From: Bacteroidaceae bacterium
Lineage (GTDB): Bacteria; Bacteroidota; Bacteroidia; Bacteroidales; Bacteroidaceae
DNA length: 46,560 bases
NCBI GenBank assembly: GCA_963636255.1
Contig: CAVHJI010000001.1
Span: forward strand, 1-46,560
Direction: 5' to 3'
Under the pieces are notes generated by a model. It was not told the DNA's origin. It ran no database searches and saw only the letters and a program-made list of their open reading frames with translations. The position numbers and the translations under genes are program-made. Shown here in pieces: positions 18,827 to 28,300 of the stretch; within the stretch, counting starts at the first letter, position 1; every line of letters starts with the position of its first letter.

Positions 18827-19325
18827 GGTCGTTCTTCGCTTTCAACCCAGTCAAGTCCACGTCAAAGTGTCTCGACGTCTTGTCTATCATGATGCGCTGC
18901 AGCATGCGCCACAGCCGGCTCTCGCTCTCCGTCCGGCAGCTGCTCTCGTTCTCCAGCATGCTCCAGGCCTGTTCGAAGCAGATGGCGCCTGTCACCACGT
19001 ACGACAGCGGGATGTTCACATGCACAAACACCCAGTGCTCTGCCATGTATGCCAGCACGATGGCCCACAGGCGTTTCGGGATGGTGTCCTTCACCGTCTT
19101 GCCGAAGGCAAACGACGTGAACTTCGCTGCCTCACGCTGCGTCTTGTCGGGGAACGTCTTGTGCACCCGGCGGTCCAGCCGGTAGGCTGTGTATGCGTCG
19201 CTTAGGATGAACACCACGGCTACCACGGCCAGCGGGAAGGCCGGGTTAAACTCGGCCACTATCCAGCCCAGTGCTCCGCCGATGCCCATCGCGATCATCT
19301 TCCATATCTTCAATGTAATACTCAT
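18810..19325 (-). CDS. Holin
   Basis: Multiple TM segments, ICFEQAWSMLEN motif, overlaps the endolysin start. Start set downstream of the promoter at 19345. Confidence 0.8.
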   Translation of the reverse strand: MSITLKIWKMIAMGIGGALGWIVAEFNPAFPLAVVAVVFILSDAYTAYRLDRRVHKTFPDKTQREAAKFTSFAFGKTVKDTIPKRLWAIVLAYMAEHWVFVHVNIPLSYVVTGAICFEQAWSMLENESSCRTESESRLWRMLQRIMIDKTSRHFDVDLTGLKAKNDHGGTD

Positions 19326-19344
19326 CTCGCTCTGTATATGACGG

Positions 19345-19386
19345 CAAATATACAACGCCTTCCCGCTTCACGTCCTTTATCTGTTG
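19345..19386 (-). promoter_or_regulatory. Putative late promoter for the lysis/adaptor operon
   Basis: Minus strand reads CAACAGATAAAGG-N21-TATATTTG. Confidence 0.7.
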
Positions 19387-19390
19387 TGCG

Positions 19391-19687
19391 TCAGCACAGC
19401 AGCCACCACATCAGCACGAAGCCCAGGCACGCACCCAGCACGCCGGCAGCAAGGTCTATCAAGTCGAAGGCATCGTCGTCGGTGCTGTCAAAGTAGTCGC
19501 CGGCCTCCTTCGCTATCGCCACCAGCACGCCGCCTATCGCGCCCTCGGCGGCATACACCTCTGCAGCATAGCCGGGGTCCACCTTCGCAAACACCAGCGC
19601 CGTCAAGAAGGTCACCGTCAGGATGCCGATGAAGTGGGCCACTCTGTCCATGCCCACACGCTCTATCATCTTATTCAGTTTTCTCAT
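19391..19687 (-). CDS. Small membrane protein
   Basis: Start MRKLNK overlaps the upstream stop. DRVAHF..KE..D..DLAAG pattern, three TM segments. Confidence 0.65.
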   Translation of the reverse strand: MRKLNKMIERVGMDRVAHFIGILTVTFLTALVFAKVDPGYAAEVYAAEGAIGGVLVAIAKEAGDYFDSTDDDAFDLIDLAAGVLGACLGFVLMWWLLC

Positions 19688-19992
19688 ATTTCTATGATGT
19701 TGGTTCGTCCGTCGTCGTATTTGAAGTATGGCGCACCGCAGTTCCTCACAGCCACGTAGTACGCCAATGCCCACAGCGCCATCCACTTCCGTTTCACCCA
19801 GCAGTGGCCTCCGCGCTTCACCGTCAGCATCATGTTACCCAGCAGCCGAAGGTCGGCTTCCATGCGGTCTTCCTCTGTGCCGCCGCGGTCGTAGTCGTCG
19901 TCATGCACGCAGCAGGCCGCATAGAAGGCCTGGGCGTATGGGGGCCGAAACCATTTCAGCCACCCCGTCTCACAGCCGCATCCGTTACTCAT
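19684..19992 (-). CDS. Phospholipase A2-like small protein
   Basis: NGCG..ACCVHDDDY..R.EAD..YYVAVR.CG resembles the PLA2 His-Asp fold. Confidence 0.6.
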   Translation of the reverse strand: MSNGCGCETGWLKWFRPPYAQAFYAACCVHDDDYDRGGTEEDRMEADLRLLGNMMLTVKRGGHCWVKRKWMALWALAYYVAVRNCGAPYFKYDDGRTNIIEI

Positions 19993-20479
19993 AAGCCGCC
20001 CAGTCCATGCTGTCCTTCTCTTCCCAGCCGGCCTGCAGGCATTGCTGGATATGCCCGATGCACGTCGTGTAGAAGTCCGTGAACGTCGTCATGTCCTCAA
20101 ATGTGTAGTACTGCGCCTCGCCGTCCGCGTCCTCGCCCAGCTTGAATTTCAGCGGCAGCGTCTGTCCCTGCAGCTGCACGGCAAGGTCGTAGGCGGCCTT
20201 GTAGTTGCGCTGGTTCTCTTCGCTTAGCCACACCTGCATGCCCTGCCACCGGCAGCCGCTCTCAATCTTCTCGTCCGTCTGCCGGTCTATCAGCCGATGG
20301 ATGTCCTCACGCACCTCCGACAGCGCCGGACGGTGGTCGTAATACTTCCTCCACTCGTAGCCCTGTCCGTCCTCTTCTCCATGTCCGTAGAGCAGCAGGT
20401 AGTTGTCCTTGCCGATCTCCACCAGCCTGTCCTGGCGCTCCGTAGCACCGTAGCACTTGTAAAAGTTTGTCTTTGCCAT
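19985..20479 (-). CDS. Tail-fibre-associated protein (DUF4376-like)
   Basis: WQGMQVWLSEENQRNYKAAYDLA..LPLKFKLG motif, downstream of the RT. Confidence 0.6.
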   Translation of the reverse strand: MAKTNFYKCYGATERQDRLVEIGKDNYLLLYGHGEEDGQGYEWRKYYDHRPALSEVREDIHRLIDRQTDEKIESGCRWQGMQVWLSEENQRNYKAAYDLAVQLQGQTLPLKFKLGEDADGEAQYYTFEDMTTFTDFYTTCIGHIQQCLQAGWEEKDSMDWAAYE

Positions 20480-20489
20480 AATCGTCTGT

Positions 20490-21833
20490 TTATGTGAATT
20501 TGTATTTTACTTTGCTTCCGCCAAAATATTCTGCAGCTATCACCGTCGAGAAGGGTATCTCGCCCATCGCGCTTAGCGTCTCCAGGTTGCTCTTCATCTC
20601 ATCGCTGTCGGTGAAGAACTTACTCAACTCGCCGGTCCTCGTGTCCCGGAACTGCACCAGCCAGCGTTCGCCGTAACGTGTCTTCACGTCACGCTCATAG
20701 TCCAGTATCTCTATGCGCACGTTCACCAGCTGGCGCAGCTGCGTCGTCCCGTTGGCAAAGCGCTTCTTGCCGTCTTTCGGGGTGTAGGTCACCCCAAGCT
20801 CCGCAAAGCTTTTCATGTGCTCTTTTCGCGCCTTCCGCTTGATCTTGTTGCTTTCTGCATGGTGCAGCATCGTCTCCAGCAAGTGGGTGCTCTGGGCATG
20901 CTTCGCCATGCCCCACAGCGAGCCCACAAGGGCCTTCCGGCGTTTCCGGCTCGTCACCTGTCGCAGCTTGCGTGCAAACCGTTGCTTCACCCGTTTGCGC
21001 AGCCGCACATGGCCGTCGGGGTACATCACATAGCCCAGAAAGTCCAAGCCTTCCGCCACCGGAAACACACGCTCGTTCGGCTTTATCTCCTGACAGATGC
21101 CGTCCACACATTCATGCACCAGCGCCCGCACCTCCCACAGCTCTGCCTTGCTCCCGGCAAGCACCACACCGTCGTCACAGTAGCGGTAGTAGTGCTTCAC
21201 GCCGTAGCGGTCCTTGAGCTGATGGTCCAGCGCTTGCGACAGCAGCATGTTGCACAGCCCTTGCGAGGCGCGTAGGCCTATGCTCATGCCCTTCGGCAGC
21301 AGCCGCACGAAGCGTTCCACGATGGTCAGCAGGCGTGCGTCCTTGAAGGTCCGGCGCAGACACTGCATGATGATGTCCTGGTCCACGGTCTCGTAGAACT
21401 TCCGCACGTCAAACTTGTAGCAGTACCTGGTGCCCTCCGGGTCGTCCCTCATGTCGCGCATGATGTATGCCTTCAGCTCATGCAGCCCTCTGCCCTTGAT
21501 GCTGGCCGAGGTGGTCCGCACATACCGGCGGTGCAGATGGCGGTCCACGGGCGTCATCACGGCGTTCACCGCTATGCGCTCGCTCATCGGGAACACCTGT
21601 ATGTTCCGCTCCTTGCCGCCTTCGCGCACGAGCCGGGCATGGAAGTGCCGCACCGTCAGCGTGCCGTCTTCTATCTGTTGCTTCAGCTTAGCGAGGAAGG
21701 TCTCTCGGTGCTCCAGCAGCCAGCGGCCTTCCTTCAAGTTCTTGCGGTACGTGCCGCGCACCACCGTGTCGAAGGCTTGCTCAAGGTTCGCCTGCGCCAC
21801 GATCTCTTCTATGATGTGCCCGTCACGTTGCAT
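20490..21833 (-). CDS. DGR reverse transcriptase with fused C-terminal domain
   Basis: YKFDVRKFY, GMSIGLRASQ (DGR-type GxxIGxxxSQ), YYRYCDD and GLDFLGY motifs. Adjacent to TR/VR. Confidence 0.95.
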   Translation of the reverse strand: MQRDGHIIEEIVAQANLEQAFDTVVRGTYRKNLKEGRWLLEHRETFLAKLKQQIEDGTLTVRHFHARLVREGGKERNIQVFPMSERIAVNAVMTPVDRHLHRRYVRTTSASIKGRGLHELKAYIMRDMRDDPEGTRYCYKFDVRKFYETVDQDIIMQCLRRTFKDARLLTIVERFVRLLPKGMSIGLRASQGLCNMLLSQALDHQLKDRYGVKHYYRYCDDGVVLAGSKAELWEVRALVHECVDGICQEIKPNERVFPVAEGLDFLGYVMYPDGHVRLRKRVKQRFARKLRQVTSRKRRKALVGSLWGMAKHAQSTHLLETMLHHAESNKIKRKARKEHMKSFAELGVTYTPKDGKKRFANGTTQLRQLVNVRIEILDYERDVKTRYGERWLVQFRDTRTGELSKFFTDSDEMKSNLETLSAMGEIPFSTVIAAEYFGGSKVKYKFT

Positions 21834-22240
21834 TATTGTTGCGCTTTTTGTATAATGCTTGTTTAACTTTTTTGTTTATTGGTTCTCCTTCAGTTCCGCC
21901 GGTCTAAGGCCGTCGGGATGTCTCCCTACCAGTCTCTACCGGCTTCTTGTCGTTTTTCAGCTTTCCGCAGGGGGCTCCTGCGCTTCTGCTGCGGTTCGGG
22001 CTTCTCGTCCGTCTGCTCTCCGCCATCGCGTAGCGGTATGCCGTAGGGACGATTTCCTAAAGGTGTATGTTCTGTGTGCAAGCCGCGCCCCGTTGTCCCT
22101 GTTCGCATTCGACGATGCGTTGTTCGCGTTCGCATAAGCGAGACCGCCGTTCGCATTGCCGTTGTTATTCGAGCGACCAACCACGCGGCCGATGAAGCCC
22201 TCTGCCGTTGCTCCCCTCATCGAGAGGGGGAGCGTATATT
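21834..22240 (-). ncRNA. Putative DGR template RNA (TR plus flanking structured spacer)
   Basis: Non-coding interval between target and RT that contains TR. Hairpins near 21966-21982 and 22210-22233. RNA ends not determinable. Confidence 0.55.
22078..22191 (-). repeat. DGR template repeat (TR)
   Basis: In frame it reads RVVGRSNNNGNANGGLAYANANNASSNANRDNGARLA, with 11 AAY codons and 26 adenines on the coding strand. Confidence 0.95.
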
Positions 22241-22282
22241 TCTCTTTGTCATATTTCTTTACATTTCCGTTTTCTGCGGTCG

Positions 22283-22304
22283 GTCGCCCCGTGGCCGGGG
22301 CGAC
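22283..22304 (-). other. DGR target-recognition hairpin downstream of VR
   Basis: GTCGCCCCG-GCCA-CGGGGCGAC on the minus strand: a perfect 9-bp GC-rich stem with a 4-nt loop, just after the target stop. Confidence 0.7.
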
Positions 22305-22341
22305 ACGCTTTGTCGTTTTTCGTTCTTTCGCTTCTTCGCTC

Positions 22342-25300
22342 TTACGCTATGTCGTTCTCTACGCTTATCGCGCCTCTGAAGGCAAGCCGCGCCCCGTAGT
22401 TCCCGCTCGCACACGACGATGCGCTGCCCGCGCTCGCACAAGCGAGACCGCCGAACGCAACGCCGTTGCCATCCGAGCGACCAACCACGCGGCCGCGAGA
22501 AGCAGAATATGAATGCTGGTCGCAGTAGTTCTGGGCCCACACAGAGTTGTCGCTCGTCAACTTGCTGGCGATGATGTCACAGTGCCGGCCGTGCTTCACT
22601 CTGCCGATGCAGCGTCCGCTGTCGGTCACACCCTGCACCACGCGCTCGGTCTTCGTCAGCGGGTCGAAGATGTGCCACTTCCCGTCTATCGGGTCGCTGT
22701 TGTTCGAATCGAGCATCTTCGTCTTCTTCCACTCGGCATACGTGCTGATATTCACGCCGACGTTGTCCATCACCTCCCAGGTGCAGCCGAAGAAGCTCTC
22801 GAAGCCCATACACTTGTTGCCAGCGATCTGCCCGCGCTCCGAATCGCTGTTGCCCAGCGTGTCGGCATAGCCCGTCGTGCCGCCGGCACCGCGGCCGTAG
22901 CCGCACAGCAGCTGCGCGTCTCTGTTGCCGGTCAACGAGTAGTACAGGTTCGCCATCACCTTCGACATCTCGTAGTCGAAGAGCTGGTAGCCCTGCCCGC
23001 GCCGGGCCGCGAGGTTCATCAGGTCCTTACAGGTGTAGTGAAGCGTGCCCACGGGTGTGTTCGTCGGGTTGCCCTCGCCATCATAGGTCCACTCCGACGA
23101 GGTCGTTGACGTGCCGTCGCCGCACCTGACGGTGGCGTTGCTGATGCTGCGTAGCTGCGTCAGCGTGTCCACGCTCGCATGATACACACCGCCGAGGCAT
23201 TCCTGCTGCTCCACCCAGTCGGGTTCGATGGCTTCTATCTCCGCAGAGTCCACAGCGATGGCTTCCAGCGTGTTGTTCTTGATGTTCGAACCGAACACGA
23301 AGGCCACAGCGCCGTCAGGCACGTCCGTGAAGATGTAGTCGCCCTCCACGTAGTCGAACATCGCGTTGCTCACAGCCATGTTGTACTTGCCGATGATCAC
23401 GCCATCGGCGTTCACAAACACGCCGCCGATCTGCTGGTGGTTCACGCCCGGCCAGCGCACCTGCTTCATGCCGGTCACGTCGATGCGGTAGGCGTTGTAG
23501 CCACTCGTCGTCACCAGCACGCCGTCACTGTTCAGCGTACTCTCGCCGACGGTCACGGCAGTCACCGTCACTGCCACATTCTCCGCATACACGATGTCCT
23601 TCAGCACATGCCGGTTGATGGCGTTCGCCGTGCTAAGGGGCTCGCTCTCCGACGACGACCAGCAGATGTACTTCTTCTGGTTCTTGAAATCGTTTACGCC
23701 CTTGTACCAGCAGTGGGGGATGCGCATCATCACGTCAAAGCCGGCGCCGGTCGTGTCCTTATAGTCAAACTCCGTGCCGTCCACCAGGTTGTGGTAGTTC
23801 GCGTTGCTGATGCGCTCGCCTTCCCACACGCCGGTCTCCGTGTTCAGCTTGCCCTTCACGGGTACCAGACGCTGGCGGATGCGGGTCACATGGCCGCTCG
23901 CCACATACGTCTCGCCCGTCGTGCCGTTGTCGAGGTTCGTCACGTTCTTCGGGTCGTTCACCGTGTCGTCAAACACCACCGTGCTATACTGCGAGTTGAT
24001 CACCTCCAGGCGGGGGAAGTACGTCTGCAGCGCCTTCAGCTCGCTCGCCTCGATGAGCTCCTTCAGGATCCACCGGCCTATGATGCCGCTACACTGGCCG
24101 CTCTCCTCGTAGGTCGTGCCGCTGGCGTCGATGCCCACGGCACCGCTCGTCTTCATCGCACGCAGCATCTCCACGCTCGCCGTCGTCTTCACGTCCGGGA
24201 TGCGGATGCTCTTCAGTGCCGAGGCTGCGGTAACGGCCTGCAGCAGCTGCATGGTGTCCACGCCCGGGCAGCTGTCGAGGAAGAACTTCGTCACCTTCTC
24301 CATGCCGGCCACAGTCAAGCCGCCGGGGTACGACAGCTTCGGCAGGTTCTTCAGCCACAGCGTCGTCATCGTGGCGGGCAGCTGCAGCGTCTCCACAGGG
24401 GCTGTCTCCGCGATGTCGATGTTCGACAGCTGACTGCCGGCGGCCAGCACTTCCTTCAGGCGGGGGCAGTACGTGGCGCTCACGTTCGTGACCTTCGTGT
24501 TCCGGATGTCTATCCGGCGCAGGAAGCTCTTGTTTCCGAGGTTCAGCTGGGTGATGGCGCCGCTGCCTTCCACCGGGCTGTAGTCCTCGCCGCCCATGAT
24601 GAGCTCCTGCAGCAGGGTGCAGGTCGAGATGTCCCAGCCCTCCGCCTTCGGCGTGCAGCCGCTAAGGTCGAGGCTCGCCAGCTTCGACGCACCGAACACA
24701 TACAGCATCGTGCCGCTGCCGTCGGCAGTCACGCCGCTCTTCAGCGTGTAGCTCTCGCCGGCCTTCAGGTAGCACGAATCGGTGCAGGTGTCGGCACGGT
24801 CCACGCCGAGGCCGAAGAAGGCGTCCTGTGCGGCAGTGATGGTGATCTTGATGTCGGTGCCCACCGCACGCATCTTGAACGGGTTGTTGTACAGGTCGCC
24901 CACCTGGTAGTAGCCGTCTCTGTACGAGAAGCGTTTCTCGAAGGTCTCCGGCAGGTCTTCCTGGCGCAGGCCGTGCACGGCGTAGTAGTAGTTGGCGCCT
25001 TCCTTCGAGTTCTCGATGTACTTGCGCTCGCCGTCAAATGAGCTGACGACCTTCGCATACTTCGCGATGCGGTCTGTTATCCACAGCTTCTCGCAGCCGG
25101 CAGCACTGAAGATCTTGATGCCGTCGGCCTCTGCAAGGCGCATGTCGCCGGCGATGTCGTGCAGCGTCACGGTGCTCGCACCGTTCGCACTCGTCCACAG
25201 CGTGCTGGCCGAATACGTCTGCTTGAACATCACCGAGTTCCAGCCTTGGTAGTAGTGCTTCGGATCTTCCTTCGCATCAAGGTCCCAGGGTACCGTCAGG

Positions 25301-28300
25301 CCGCAGTCGTTGTCTGCAAGCCATGTGCAGTCGCCGTCATACCAGTGGTTGAAGTAGGCGCGTGTCTTGCCCGTCGTGTCGAGGTAGAAGCCGATCATCA
25401 TGTTCTTCGACCGCTGGTCCACGGCCAGCACATAGTCGGAGGCTATCACGTAGCAGCCGGTGCTCTTCACATTGGCATACTCCCACAGCTCCTCGCTCCA
25501 CTTCTTCAGGCGGTTCTCCTTCGTGCCTGCCACTGTCGTGCCGTGCAGGGTGATGGTGCCGTCGTTCTCGTCCAGCATGTGGCTGCACTGCTGTGCCCAT
25601 GCCAGCCAGCGGTAGAGGTTGTAGGGGGCTTTCTTGCCGGCTTCATACAGCGCGTTGAGGTCGTCGTCGTCGGGGTAACGGCTCTCGTAGTATTGCAACC
25701 AGATGGGCGTGCCGTCGCTGTCGAGGGCCATCATGTCGTCGAGGCTGTTCACGCCCTGCAGCCAGCAGAAGCTGTCATACTTCAGGTATTCGTAGCACTC
25801 CGTCGGGTTCAGCACCCTGCCCGTGGCGGTCCACTTCTTCGTTGACGCGTCATACGTGAACGTGCCGGTGGTGTCCTTCCACACGCCGCCTGCATACTTC
25901 GCATATTTGCCGTCGCTCGTCGCATACACCGTGCCCCAGTCGTAGTCGTCCACGTTGTCGGCGAGCACCTCGGCAAGCGTCTTGTCCACAGGGGTGGCGT
26001 CGGCCACGGCCGTCGTCTCCGTCATAGCGCCGCTGCCGTCGTTCTCCAGGAACACATGGTCCGGACCGCAATACTCCGACAGCATGTACATCTCGCTGGC
26101 GATGAGCTCGCTCGTGTCCTTCAGCACGGCTGCCTTGTAGTCGGCGAGGCTCTGCCCCTTGGCGGCCACAAGCTCCTTGAAGTCGCCGTAGTTCACACAC
26201 ACGTCGGTGTAGCCGCTCACCTTCTCGAAACCGAAGAAGTCGGGGTTGCCCTTGTCCACGTTGAAGTTTGCCTTCGCATGGAAGTAGGCGTAGGTCTCGT
26301 TCGTCGCGTCTACGCTCTGCTTGTCGGTCCTGAACAGCGCAGCACTCACCGAATCGATGCTGGTGTTCATCGTGCCCTCACCGTTGTAGAACACCTGTGC
26401 AGGTGTCATGTAGTCGCTGCCCATGGCGCGTTGCGTCTTGTTCATCAGCTCCATCATCGCACCGTTGTTCGCACCGGTAGAGTCGGAGTAGTCCACCTTC
26501 ACGGTAATGGTCTTCACCCACAGGCCGCCGTCGATAACCTGTATCTTGTACTTCTTGGCCATCTTCACACACTGCCTGAACTTAGCCAGCTGCTCTTCGT
26601 TGTCCTTGAAGTCGCCCTCGGTGTGCAGCAGCTCTATCTTGCAGCCCTTCAGCTTCAGCTTCTTGTTCTTGATAGGCCGCATGCTCGACGTCGTGCCCTG
26701 GTTCGTGATGGTCACCTTGTAGGCCTTGAAGTCTTGCCATGGCCGGTCGGGGAAGCGCGCCACCACGTCAAAGTAGGCCTTCGTCTTCTTGTCGCCGTCC
26801 AGGGTGTCAAGATAGCCGGGGTAGCTCTGCTCGATGTCTTCCGTCTCCGCGTTCTTCAGCAGCGTCACGGTGCACAGCCCTGCCTCCATACAGGCCGACA
26901 GCGTCGGGCGGTCCTTCGTCGTGCCTTCGGCGGTCTGCGAGGCCATCACGTCGTTCTTCTCATACTCGCTCAACATCTCGCTGGTGTCCTTCAGGCCTAC
27001 CAGGTAGTTGTTCAGCGCCTGCCGGAAGTTGTAGTAGGTGGCCCAGCCGGTGATGCGATACAGATACAGGTCGGCCTTCGTGCCGTCAAACTTGATGGTG
27101 GCCTTGCTCGGGTCCAGACGTCCGGCGGTGTAATGGGTGGCTGCTGCCTCATCGCCGTTCACGTATATCTTGATCGAGCCGATGCCCGAATAAGGTGCGA
27201 TGCTCGACGGCTCCATCACGATGTCGAAACGGGTCACACGGTCCGTCCGGTACAGTGCCACGGCTGTCTGCTGGGCGCCAAGGTCGTCGGGATCGGCAGC
27301 GGTGCCGCCGTCGCAGGTGAACACCAGCTTCTCGCCGGTCAGGTAGAAGCCCATCTTGTTGTCGAGGAGGCAGTCTATCAGCTTCGCTGTGCGGTCTTCC
27401 ACGTTCTTCACGCGCACCGTGAACGACAGCGCCATGCCGTTCTGCTCGATGCTGCTCGACGCAAACGGCTGGTACGAGCACTCCGCGGTCATATCCTCGG
27501 CAATGCGCAGTGCCATGCGGCCGGTGTCCTGCTCGGTGCCGTATGTCGACGTGCCGTAGCTGTCCTTCACAAAGCCGGTCGTGCTCCAGTTGCAGCCTGT
27601 CGTCACGATGCTCACACCGCTGTCCTTGATGCTGTGGTCGGTCTCGGTGTTGTTGCGAGAGTCCATCATGATGTTAAACTCGCGCTGGTCGGTCACCTCT
27701 TCCACGTCCACCAGCGAGCCGCTCACCACAAACGTGCTGGCCTGCGACATGATGCCGTCACACTCCAGCTGCACCGTCACGCTCTTCGTGCCGTCATGCA
27801 CGCTCTCCAGCACTTGCTTCGTGTACCGTCCGGTCGTGCCGCGGTATGCCACGGTGCTGCTGTCCTTGGCGCCGTCGTAGTTGATGGTCACCTGGGGCTC
27901 GTCGGTTGTCGACACATACACAGCGTAGTCTATCTCGATGCTCTCGTAGAGCTTCTTCACGCCGGTGGCACCTTCCGTGTACCAGCGGGTCACCACGATG
28001 GGGGTCGCGTCGCCGTCCTCTATCACCATCACCGACGTGTGCAGATAGTTACCCTGCACGCCGCTGCCCACGTCCTCGCCATGGATGCGGAGCGAGTAGG
28101 CTCCGTGTGTGAGCACCTTGCCCAGACAGTTGCGGGGGTCGATGCTGATCGAATGCGAGTAGGTGTCTGTCACCACGCTCGTGCCGAGCGTCTGCCACTC
28201 GCCGTCCAGTTCCATCTCCGTCACCACCTTGATACCCTTGTCGCTCGCGTTGTTCGCAAACTTGTACATCGGCAGGTTCTTCGAGGTGCCGCCGACGGCC

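Larger units (their letters stand above)
20490..22495 (-). mobile_element. Diversity-generating retroelement cassette (VR-hairpin-TR-spacer-RT)
   Basis: RT plus a 114-bp repeat pair with adenine-specific differences. Confidence 0.95.

Noticed and set aside
20490..21833. RT as group II intron, retron or Abi RT
   Set aside because: It has CDD rather than YADD, the DGR-type SQ motif, no maturase/HNH domain or retron VTG motif, and an adjacent TR/VR pair.
22078..22495. Repeat pair as a CRISPR array or ordinary duplication
   Set aside because: Only two copies, no spacers or cas genes, and the differences are adenine-specific, which is diagnostic of a DGR.
21926..22540. Short ORFs over TR and VR (e.g. 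21957-22220, 22074-22379, 22156-22512) as avd or a second target
   Set aside because: They are merely translations of the repeat in different frames and show no four-helix Avd character.
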